Assembly: GCA_902559355.1 (NCBI GenBank) | Contig: CACEHM010000005.1 | Span: 11,755-75,754, forward strand | DNA: 64,000 nt | Reading direction: 5' to 3' | Source of the DNA: an uncultured Gammaproteobacteria bacterium | Lineage (GTDB): Bacteria; Pseudomonadota; Gammaproteobacteria; GCA-002705445; GCA-002716945 | Shown here: positions 50,755 through 58,820 of the stretch, piece after piece | Layout: each line of letters starts with the position of its first letter | Position numbering within the stretch: position 1 is the first letter of the stretch | Position numbers and translations under genes: made by a program | Notes under the pieces: generated by a model | The model's input: only the letters and a program-made list of their open reading frames with translations | What the model was told of the DNA's origin: nothing | Database searches by the model: none

Positions 50755-50792
50755 TAAAAATAAATTTTATATCGTTCTCCGATGATATGAAT

Positions 50793-50825
50793 GAGTCTGG
50801 CCGGATTCCCTGCGGCCAGACTTTT
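50793..50825 (+). terminator. intrinsic terminator
   Basis: AGTCTGGCCG/CGGCCAGACT stem followed by Ts. Confidence 0.7.
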
Positions 50826-50924
50826 GATTGAAGAGATGCTCGTTTCCTTATTTCCCTATAATAATGAGTATCTTCTTCTTTCAATTCTACGAACTTTTTG
50901 TTAATTTATATAAGGGGTATATAA

Positions 50925-51320
50925 ATCAATAATTTATTCAAAATATTTTTAGTTATATTTGTAGCAATACAACCATTGCATAGCTACACAACTATCAATC
51001 TATCTAATCCTGATGACAATAACGGGTTTCAGTATTTACATGCTGAATTATGTGGTACTAAATATTCTGGTTCCATTTCACACACTAAAAAGATTTCTGA
51101 TCTACTGGATAAAATCAATGCAACTATACTAAGTGAAATGGCTGCAGACTGTGTCTGTTGTGAATCTTTAGATATTTCATCCCTTGATTTCTTTAATTTA
51201 ACATCTAATGAGTTTTTACTATCTAGAGTTACATTAACTTTAGATAAGAATTTTTACGCTCCTAACGTAAAAAAGTTAATACCATATACAAAACAAGTCA
51301 GAGCGCCTCCAATCGTTTAG
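50925..51320 (+). CDS. DUF2946/CruR-like exported regulatory protein with a C-terminal RAPP arrest motif
   Basis: Frame open from ATC 50925 (AAGGGG SD) giving a signal peptide; ELCG, CVCC, ends VRAPPIV; directly upstream of an OprC-like receptor (track ORF 50976..51320). Confidence 0.75.
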   Translation: MNNLFKIFLVIFVAIQPLHSYTTINLSNPDDNNGFQYLHAELCGTKYSGSISHTKKISDLLDKINATILSEMAADCVCCESLDISSLDFFNLTSNEFLLSRVTLTLDKNFYAPNVKKLIPYTKQVRAPPIV

Positions 51321-51359
51321 TAATTTTTTAATTAATCAACGATTAATCTGGAGGACAAT

Positions 51360-53354
51360 ATGAACAGATTATTATTTTTTGTCTTCAGCATTACGCTTAT
51401 AACAAATGTATCAGCTGAAGATTTAACTGATATACAGATAAGTAGCCCAGTCATGGATAAAGCTACTATAAGTAATGAAGCTATTGAAGAAGTCGATACT
51501 AGAAATGCTGTTGATGGTGGTGACTTGCTTAAAAATATTAATGGTGTAAATGCTATTAGACGTGGAGGACATGGCCTTGACCCTGTCATCCGAGGTCAGA
51601 GTGATCAAAGACTAAATACATTTTTAGATGGCGCTATGGTATATGGGGCTTGCTCTTCAAAAATGGATCCTGCAAGTACATATGCAAATGTAAATAACTA
51701 TGATTCTGTTACTGTAATCAAAGGAACACAATCTGTACTATTTGGTGCAGGCGGTCCAGGTGGTGCAGTGAGCTTTAAACGTGTAACAAATCCTGTTACA
51801 AAATCTGAATTCAGGTTGGGTCAAAATTTTGATTCTAATGCAGGTGCTTATACAACAAGTGGTAATATGATATTTCCATTATCATCAAAAGCATATTTGA
51901 GACTCAATGGTTCTGCTACGAACGCAGGTAACTATGAAACTGGATCTGGAATTAAACCTTTGACAGAATACTCAACTACTGATTACACAGCTATTTTAGG
52001 AACTCTTTTGTCTGATGGATCAAAATTAGAATTTAATTATACAAATAACAGGCAAGATAAAGTGGGCTACCCAGGGCTTAATATGGATATTGTTTATAGC
52101 TACACAGACATGTATACCCTCAAATATCATAGAGTGACTCCTTTTGGTATTTTCTCAACAATGAATGTTGAACTATTCAATACTGATATAGACCATCTAA
52201 TGGATAATGTTGTCCTCAGAGGAAATACTGGGAATGGTGTTATGGCTAACCCAACTGCATCTGATACTTATGGTGGAAGAATGATTGGTACCATTGGATC
52301 AGACATTAGAGCAGGTATTGATTATGAACATAATACTAAAGACGCTGAGCAAAACATGGTTATGAGTGGAATGAATGTGTTCATGACTTATTTATGGCCA
52401 GGTGTAGAAACTGAAAAGCTTGGTTTGTTCTTTGAAAAAGATCTGAACAATATCTCTTATGGTCTAAGATATGATCAAGTAGAACTTGATCCTACTAGAG
52501 CAGCTGATGATCCGGGTTCAGGAATGATGCAGAAAACTGCTAATGAAGTTTACACAGCAGACTACGATGGAACGATAGTTGCATCAAAAAGAGATTTCGA
52601 TAATATAAGTGGCTTTTTAAGAATTAATAAAGATTATAATCATGGGGAGTCTTATATTAATTTCAGTATTAACGAAAGAGCTCCAGATGCAAACGAGCTA
52701 TTCCATGCTAAAAATAACAGCACAGCTATGATGAGACATGTGGGTAATCCAAATTTATCAAGTGAGAGACACATGACATTGGAAGTTGGGTATGAGGGTA
52801 TGCTTATGGGTAATCATATTACAGGTTCTCTTTATTATAACGATGTCGATGATTACATAACTACTCACAGAAAAGATGATTCTGCAATGAAAGCTAGATT
52901 GTATAAAAATGTTGATGCGACATTGTACGGCTATGAACTTACTGCTCACAGAATTATCGCAGGTATTGATACTACTTTGAATCTAAACTACACGCGTGGT
53001 GAAGATGATACACAAAATAGACCATTACCTCAGATTATGCCTTTAGCAGGGGACATAACATTTGAACTTAAATCAGCAAAAACTAATTATGGATTAAGAA
53101 TTAATTTTGCAGATACGCAAGATCGTTTTGATACAAAAGTTTTAGATGTTGGTGAGACAGCGGGATACACAGTCTATGATATATTTGCAGGATTTGAACC
53201 GACACCTAATCTGCGTTTTACAGTTGGTATGGCTAATATTACTGATAAAAGATACGCAACTCATTTGAATGCCACTAATAGACTTGACGGAGCTGCGGAC
53301 AGAACCGATGAGCCGGGAAGAAGTATATTTGGGGCTATCAATTACGAGTTCTAA
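51360..53354 (+). CDS. TonB-dependent copper receptor, OprC-like
   Basis: DGGDLL, RRGG..DPVIRG, GACSSKMDP (CxxxM), DHLMDN (HxM), Met-rich loops, EPGR, C-terminal Phe. Confidence 0.85.
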   Translation: MNRLLFFVFSITLITNVSAEDLTDIQISSPVMDKATISNEAIEEVDTRNAVDGGDLLKNINGVNAIRRGGHGLDPVIRGQSDQRLNTFLDGAMVYGACSSKMDPASTYANVNNYDSVTVIKGTQSVLFGAGGPGGAVSFKRVTNPVTKSEFRLGQNFDSNAGAYTTSGNMIFPLSSKAYLRLNGSATNAGNYETGSGIKPLTEYSTTDYTAILGTLLSDGSKLEFNYTNNRQDKVGYPGLNMDIVYSYTDMYTLKYHRVTPFGIFSTMNVELFNTDIDHLMDNVVLRGNTGNGVMANPTASDTYGGRMIGTIGSDIRAGIDYEHNTKDAEQNMVMSGMNVFMTYLWPGVETEKLGLFFEKDLNNISYGLRYDQVELDPTRAADDPGSGMMQKTANEVYTADYDGTIVASKRDFDNISGFLRINKDYNHGESYINFSINERAPDANELFHAKNNSTAMMRHVGNPNLSSERHMTLEVGYEGMLMGNHITGSLYYNDVDDYITTHRKDDSAMKARLYKNVDATLYGYELTAHRIIAGIDTTLNLNYTRGEDDTQNRPLPQIMPLAGDITFELKSAKTNYGLRINFADTQDRFDTKVLDVGETAGYTVYDIFAGFEPTPNLRFTVGMANITDKRYATHLNATNRLDGAADRTDEPGRSIFGAINYEF

Positions 53355-53366
53355 ATCTGAAAAATT

Positions 53367-53398
53367 TAGTCTAACAGGGAGAAATCTCTGTTAGACTA
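53367..53398. terminator. long stem-loop after the copper receptor
   Basis: TAGTCTAACAGGGA-GAAA-TCTCTGTTAGACTA. Confidence 0.6.
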
Positions 53399-53423
53399 TT
53401 GCTTTAAAAACTAAAATAACAAT

Positions 53424-54050
53424 ATGGAATTTGCATCACTACTAGTTAAAGGCGGCCCTGTCGTATATATTTTGTTAGGACTATCTGTCTATGTATTGTC
53501 TATTGTGATTTACAAATTACATATACTTTTCAAAGTCAATTTCTTTAGTTCCGATGTCACTCATAATAGCGTTAAAATGTGGCTTAATAATAATAAAGAA
53601 GAAGCATATACCGATATATCAAAAGATACACATCCTCAAAAAGAAGTCGTCTCATTTACTATGTACCATTTACTTAAAAATAATATTAATCAAGATAAAG
53701 AGCGATATCTTAGAGAAGAGGTATCGAGGTTAAGCCAAGAAAGATTAGAATATTATGATTCAAATCTAGACACTTTAAAAGTGATTGCTATGGTCGCTCC
53801 TTTGCTCGGATTATTAGGAACAGTATTTGGAATGATAGATGCATTTCAACAAATGGAAATGGCAGGTAATAATATCAATCCTTCTACTTTATCTGGCGGT
53901 ATTTGGGAGGCATTGCTGACAACTGCAGTTGGTTTATCAGTAGCTATTCCTACTGTATTGTTTGAAAGTTACTTTAGGGCAACTAACGAAAAGCTAAAAA
54001 TTAATATAGAACATTCTGTGACCAAGCTTTTGACAGCACACATGAATTAA
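53424..54050 (+). CDS. exbB: MotA/TolQ/ExbB proton channel
   Basis: APLLGLLGTVFGMI, LSGGIWEALLTTAVGL..AIP. Confidence 0.9.
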   Translation: MEFASLLVKGGPVVYILLGLSVYVLSIVIYKLHILFKVNFFSSDVTHNSVKMWLNNNKEEAYTDISKDTHPQKEVVSFTMYHLLKNNINQDKERYLREEVSRLSQERLEYYDSNLDTLKVIAMVAPLLGLLGTVFGMIDAFQQMEMAGNNINPSTLSGGIWEALLTTAVGLSVAIPTVLFESYFRATNEKLKINIEHSVTKLLTAHMN

Positions 54051-54496
54051 TTACAACATCCTTTGTTAAATTTTTTCAGTCTCCAATAGTTATAAGGCCA
54101 AGGTGTTAAGAAACCTGCAAGTAGCATCAAAGGCATTACCATAAGATTTATTTTTGCACCCCCTGTTACTAAATAATCAACTAAGTTCATAGCTATTTCC
54201 ATGCTAACCATAGAAATAAGACTCATTCCAATCGCTGTTCTAAACGCTGCTTTTAAATCCATTTGTTTTAACAAAATTATAGTTTCTAAGATGATACTGG
54301 TTAGTATTCCATTGGTCATAGCTAGTAGCATAATTGAAAGTGTACTCCATGGGATTTGATGTACCTGAAAATAGTATATGGTACCCATGTCACCAATACT
54401 GCAACCTATCAAACACCACATGGTATTATAGGCAGACTGTTTCCATGTATGATTACATTCCCAATCAATTGTTCTATCAAATACTGTTAAAATCAT
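54047..54496 (-). CDS. DUF4396 family membrane protein
   Basis: TMWCLIGCSIGD, MSLISMVSME, GFLTPWPYNYW. Confidence 0.8.
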   Translation of the reverse strand: MILTVFDRTIDWECNHTWKQSAYNTMWCLIGCSIGDMGTIYYFQVHQIPWSTLSIMLLAMTNGILTSIILETIILLKQMDLKAAFRTAIGMSLISMVSMEIAMNLVDYLVTGGAKINLMVMPLMLLAGFLTPWPYNYWRLKKFNKGCCN

Positions 54497-54795
54497 AGTT
54501 CAATACAAATGTTATTACCTTCGATGATTGTTGGATATGTTTTTATTGGTTCATCAGCAGGTTCGTTGAGTGCCTTACCAGTTTCTAGATCAAAGTAGCT
54601 TCCATGTAGTGAGCACTTGATAGTTTTGTCTTTTAAGCATCCAAGAATTAATTCAGAGTTTTCATGGCTGCACATATTATCAACCACAAAGTACTCCTCA
54701 TTCACTTTAGCAACAAGGTATGAATGTTTTTCATGAATAATTTCTAACATATTATTTTCAGAAAAAGCATTAGTTGAGCATAATGTAACAATCAT
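54493..54795 (-). CDS. Rieske [2Fe-2S] ferredoxin
   Basis: CSH...CSLHGSYFDL.TG. Confidence 0.9.
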   Translation of the reverse strand: MIVTLCSTNAFSENNMLEIIHEKHSYLVAKVNEEYFVVDNMCSHENSELILGCLKDKTIKCSLHGSYFDLETGKALNEPADEPIKTYPTIIEGNNICIEL

Positions 54796-55898
54796 GATTT
54801 CATTCGTTTTAGTGCTGAGCCACTATCAATAACTTTTAATACCTCTTTGGAACATTCTTTAATATCGTTGCCTGTCATCCTCTGAAGTATAATCGAGGCC
54901 CCTAGTTGTATACACGATTTCATAGCTCCGTTTTTACCAGATAGAGCTTCTTGTCCAGATTTTACTGTTGCCTTGGCAATGTCTGTGGCTGATACTTTTG
55001 ATTCAATTTTATCTTTAGTATCTTTTCTCACTATACTATCTGGAATATCAACAGCCCTTGATTCATCATTAATTTGCAAGTCTTCTGGCTTAACCTCATA
55101 CATCTTATCTTCTTCACTAGGCTTATCATAATAATGGACTTTACCTATTTGTCTAAGAGATGGAATAATTCCACCTTCTGTGCCTCTTATTACACTTGCA
55201 GAGTGAAATGCTGCATTTCTAGATAATTCTAAATAAATTGGCGGATAAGGTTTGTGAACAAAGCCTGTAAAAAATGCGTCATGTTTAGAACTGATTGGCT
55301 TAACGAGAACTTCTACTGTAGTGATAACTGGTCTTTTAATAATTTTTTTCCTAAGGTTCATTAAGTTGTGAAGTTTAGGATTAAAAATAGATTGATCAGC
55401 GTAAGCCCACCCAATATTTTGATCTTCTAATCGAGCTGCAATTTCCTCATGTGAATACTCACAATTATAATTAAGCTCTTTAAGAGTGAGATGATGAGTA
55501 CAGCCGTATTTTGGACCAACAGATAAAACTCCATGAGAGATTATTGGATATCCTAATTCTGCAAGGACAGGTAATAAAAAAATTGATGAAGGTAGGTTTC
55601 TAGAAAAGCCATCATATGGATCAGCTATATTAATTAAATTGTCGGTAGTTATATTCACAGAATGGGTTGTTTCAATAATTGCATCATGAACTCCTAGATT
55701 TTCGTCCATGGTTTCTCTTTTCATTCTTAGGGCAATAAGAAAAATTGCAGCTTGTACAGGATCAATTTCATCATTAAGAATATCCAACATCGTCTGCTTA
55801 GCTTCTTCTCTTGAAATATTTTTACTAAGCTCAGGACCTGTAGCTATTCTTTGAATAACAGACTTCATATTTTCATTTGGGCTTAATTTATTATTCAT
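54792..55898 (-). CDS. anthranilate phosphoribosyltransferase-like (TrpD/YbiB-fold) protein
   Basis: IATGPELSK, FLIALRMKRET, ADPYDG, GPKYG, GFVHKPY, RGTEG; canonical TrpD GTGGD absent. Confidence 0.75.
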   Translation of the reverse strand: MNNKLSPNENMKSVIQRIATGPELSKNISREEAKQTMLDILNDEIDPVQAAIFLIALRMKRETMDENLGVHDAIIETTHSVNITTDNLINIADPYDGFSRNLPSSIFLLPVLAELGYPIISHGVLSVGPKYGCTHHLTLKELNYNCEYSHEEIAARLEDQNIGWAYADQSIFNPKLHNLMNLRKKIIKRPVITTVEVLVKPISSKHDAFFTGFVHKPYPPIYLELSRNAAFHSASVIRGTEGGIIPSLRQIGKVHYYDKPSEEDKMYEVKPEDLQINDESRAVDIPDSIVRKDTKDKIESKVSATDIAKATVKSGQEALSGKNGAMKSCIQLGASIILQRMTGNDIKECSKEVLKVIDSGSALKRMKS

Positions 55899-56494
55899 TT
55901 AAAAACTATCCAAGTTGTTGCAATATATTTAGAACCTTTTTTAAGTGTAACACCTCGATGTTCATGGGTCCAAAATGGAGGAAATACTACTAACTTACCC
56001 TCTTCAGGTTTAACTTTGACTTTTTGATGTAAAAATTCAGTTTCTCCACCAGGGCCTTCTACATCATTTAGATACCATATAGCGACGAGTTGCCTATCAC
56101 TCATTTGGTGACTCCCAGTGTCTACATGCCAGTGAAAATATTCTCCAACATCTGTTCTTTGGATGGCATATCCAATATCTTTGAATTTCCCATTAAAATA
56201 ATCATATTCTTTTTTTATTTTAGATAGAGCTTTCGATAAGCTTACAAAAAATAATTCATCAATATCTTTCCATGAATCTTTACCACTGATAACCATATCA
56301 GTAGATTTTTTTACTGTATCATTTTCCTCAAAGTTAGGACCAACTCTACCTCGATAATGATCATCTTTAGATTCCTCGAATCTTTCAATTATTTCCTTAC
56401 ACTTTTGTGATGGAATTTCATTATCAAATTCAAAGATAAAACTTCCTGGCGAGCTTTCTATAAGTCTCTTTTCTATTTTTATTTCGTTAGCCAT
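55895..56494 (-). CDS. 2OG-Fe(II) oxygenase (prolyl-hydroxylase-like)
   Basis: WHVD, WYLNDV..GGETEF, FPPFWTHEHRG, KYIATTW. Confidence 0.88.
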   Translation of the reverse strand: MANEIKIEKRLIESSPGSFIFEFDNEIPSQKCKEIIERFEESKDDHYRGRVGPNFEENDTVKKSTDMVISGKDSWKDIDELFFVSLSKALSKIKKEYDYFNGKFKDIGYAIQRTDVGEYFHWHVDTGSHQMSDRQLVAIWYLNDVEGPGGETEFLHQKVKVKPEEGKLVVFPPFWTHEHRGVTLKKGSKYIATTWIVFK

Positions 56495-56534
56495 AATATT
56501 TATATTACACAGTAAATGTTATCATCTGAATACT

Positions 56535-57098
56535 ATGGCAATAAGAATTAAAAGCAAGTGGTCTAAAACAGTTAAAAGAAGTAAAACTCCTGAAGATTTT
56601 GGAAGCGCTCTGTCTTATATTTCATGGAGATTATCTCTTGATAAAGCAAAGACACTGCATGGAGAAGATTTCGAATATGAGAATGATCATCAAAGAGTAT
56701 CGGTCATAGTCGAATATATGTCTTTCCAAGTACACCTCGTAGATAGACTACTATATGAGGATAAAGCTGATAATGATTTTAGAGGTGAAGTCATGAATTC
56801 TCTCGGCAAGCAATCTTCAAGAATTATGCAAGAAAACTGTGAGGACTTGTTTGGGCCAGGTGATTATAAAAAGGGATATATTAATACTCTCAATCTGAGA
56901 TCTACAGAATATTCTGAATTTGAGTTTTCGAGAAAGGGTAGTAATTATTCACTCTATAGGCACTTGTCAAAAAAATGTCAGGATGTGATGGGATACAGTC
57001 AAACTAATAAATGGGTAATGGATCAGATAATAGATATTGATTCTGTCGAGATATTAAAAAAGATTTTAGAAGTTTACGATTCGGTCACTAAAACTTAA
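56535..57098 (+). CDS. hypothetical protein within the sulfur-oxidation accessory cluster
   Basis: 187-aa ORF, MAIRIKSKW N-terminus; recalled as typical of sulfur-oxidiser dsr neighbourhoods, not verified. Confidence 0.65.
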   Translation: MAIRIKSKWSKTVKRSKTPEDFGSALSYISWRLSLDKAKTLHGEDFEYENDHQRVSVIVEYMSFQVHLVDRLLYEDKADNDFRGEVMNSLGKQSSRIMQENCEDLFGPGDYKKGYINTLNLRSTEYSEFEFSRKGSNYSLYRHLSKKCQDVMGYSQTNKWVMDQIIDIDSVEILKKILEVYDSVTKT

Positions 57099-57099
57099 T

Positions 57100-57294
57100 T
57101 TAGCCTTTGTGCTGATCAACGCTATCGAAGTTATTATTTTTACCATCTTCATAACCAGCTTCATAAGCATCAGTTAGGCGTTGTTCTTCAACTTCAGGAG
57201 CTCCCTGATAGCCTTCTTGCCAACCCAGAATATATTGTTCGCTAGCATTCATCTCTTCAAGCTCTGTTACTTTATCAAAGTACTCTTGGTTCAT
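57100..57294 (-). CDS. Alvin_2107-like sulfur-globule oxidation protein
   Basis: YILGWQEGY..P..EEQRLTDAYEAGYEDG motif (family recognised from memory). Confidence 0.7.
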   Translation of the reverse strand: MNQEYFDKVTELEEMNASEQYILGWQEGYQGAPEVEEQRLTDAYEAGYEDGKNNNFDSVDQHKG

Positions 57295-57527
57295 TATGTT
57301 CTTATAGACCCCTTAATTTTATGCGCAATGTCCACTAACCTATTAGCAAGTTTTTCATGCTCTTCTTTATACTCTTTTAGTACACCTTTAGGATTCTGAT
57401 GTAAATCTTTTTCAGTTACACCTTTCTCTCTTTCCAAGTCCATAAACCGTTTTTGAATATCCAAAAGTCTTGCAATTATTTGTTTTCTTTCTTCTAACAA
57501 TTCTTTTTCATTTGTAGCGTCAGTCAT
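57294..57527 (-). CDS. small helical hypothetical protein
   Basis: 77 aa, stop/start coupled to both neighbours. Confidence 0.7.
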   Translation of the reverse strand: MTDATNEKELLEERKQIIARLLDIQKRFMDLEREKGVTEKDLHQNPKGVLKEYKEEHEKLANRLVDIAHKIKGSIRT

Positions 57528-57865
57528 TAATATCCACCTTTTCTTCTGCTTTCCGGTAAGCCGCCAATTCTGCCAGCTTGCTTATCCGGTTTCCCTGGAA
57601 ACAGATCAAAAAGTGTTTTTGTATCTATTTTCTCACCCCACATTTTACCAAGATCTTTTACCATGTTTCTTAAATTCGGTTGGTTTTCTTTATTGTTAAT
57701 GAACTCATCTCTTAAGTAGTTAATAACGTCCCAGTGTCGCTGGCTTAGCTCTATGCTCTCTTGTTCAGCAATCACTTTAGCGACATCCTCATTCCAGTCT
57801 TCTAAATTAGTCAAAAAACCGGTTTCTGTAGTTGGTATTTCTTTACCATCAACTTCAACTTTCAT
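57527..57865 (-). CDS. DsrC/TusE-family protein without C-terminal cysteines (RspA-like)
   Basis: GFLTNLEDWNE, HWDVINYLR, LFPG, GLP; ends ESRRKGGY; no Cys in the protein. Confidence 0.85.
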   Translation of the reverse strand: MKVEVDGKEIPTTETGFLTNLEDWNEDVAKVIAEQESIELSQRHWDVINYLRDEFINNKENQPNLRNMVKDLGKMWGEKIDTKTLFDLFPGKPDKQAGRIGGLPESRRKGGY

Positions 57866-57889
57866 TCAAAACCCCTTGTTTTTAAATCA

Positions 57890-57909
57890 ATATTAAAAAA
57901 TTCTAATAT
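57890..57909. promoter_or_regulatory. putative ArsR operator, ATATTAA-N6-CTAATAT
   Basis: One mismatch to the shared palindrome; 24 bp upstream of the Cys-less dsrC paralog. Confidence 0.5.
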
Positions 57910-57943
57910 ACTGGAAAGAATAAGTCCAGACAGTATTTTTAAA

Positions 57944-58624
57944 CTAATCATCTTCTTTGAAATTACTTACTGCATCTATAGATTTATGTGGTAAAAATAT
58001 CCCACAACCAAACAATCTATGTTTACCCACACCTTCTTCCTGCAAGGTAACAGCCTCTTCTTTCGATAGATCAGCTATCATTAACGATCTTGTATATAAG
58101 GTTTTGTCACCAAAGCTAATCCTTTTTGATTGACCGCAAAGAGCCTTACTGATGTTTACTTTAAAAGCTCTCAATTCTGTCTGAACCTCCTCTAAAAAGA
58201 TATCCTCTGGTAGATCTTCATTACAACTCACAAATCTACAGAAAAGATCTCTGACAACTAAAAAACTCTTCATTTTCGATTTACCTATATTCAAATCATT
58301 TCCAAATAATTTAATTTTTTTGCCTTCAATTTCTTTGATTTTTTCTACATGATCCTTTCTTACCCTCAAACATAGCTTTGCTCTTTTAGATAAAAAAATA
58401 TTTTCACCATCAGCTCTAACCCAACCATTTCCTGACATGGGACCATGAAGAGTTTGTATTGCATTTCTTTTATCATTCTTAATCTCAGGTATCAGTTTGA
58501 TGAGTTCAGATGAAAGTTCATATGCATGGTCATATGGCAATTCTTTGCAATCAACGGAAAATGACAAATCAACCATTTCTGAAAAGTTAGCAGCAGATTT
58601 TTTTTTAGTATCTTCTTGCCACAT
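57944..58624 (-). CDS. cas6: orphan Cas6/Cmx6-like RAMP protein
   Basis: VDLSF....LPYDHAYEL N-terminus, LCLRV, C-terminal G-rich loop LQEEGVGKHRLFGCGIFLP (GhGxxxxxGhG); no array or other cas genes in window. Confidence 0.8.
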   Translation of the reverse strand: MWQEDTKKKSAANFSEMVDLSFSVDCKELPYDHAYELSSELIKLIPEIKNDKRNAIQTLHGPMSGNGWVRADGENIFLSKRAKLCLRVRKDHVEKIKEIEGKKIKLFGNDLNIGKSKMKSFLVVRDLFCRFVSCNEDLPEDIFLEEVQTELRAFKVNISKALCGQSKRISFGDKTLYTRSLMIADLSKEEAVTLQEEGVGKHRLFGCGIFLPHKSIDAVSNFKEDD

Positions 58625-58625
58625 T

Positions 58626-58820
58626 TTATTTTTTTATATATCCACTGAAAGCACTCTCCACACGGTCTTCCCAGTTCGATGGAGTATCGGGAAAAGGAGG
58701 CTTTAAATCAAATCTTATAAATCGTTCACCGCTTGCAGCTTTTTCTCTAACTGCCCCTAAAAAGTCATCAAATGTTTCAATGTCTTTTCTCTCTATTAGA
58801 ATGGCACTAAGGTATAACAT
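58626..58820 (-). CDS. small hypothetical protein of the dsr accessory operon
   Basis: 64 aa, DLKPPFPDTP.NWE motif; coupled to the TauD-like and Cas6-like genes. Confidence 0.72.
   Translation of the reverse strand: MLYLSAILIERKDIETFDDFLGAVREKAASGERFIRFDLKPPFPDTPSNWEDRVESAFSGYIKK

Noticed and set aside
54792-55898. Calling it trpD
   Set aside because: Lacks the GTGGD and KHGN motifs and has no trp neighbours
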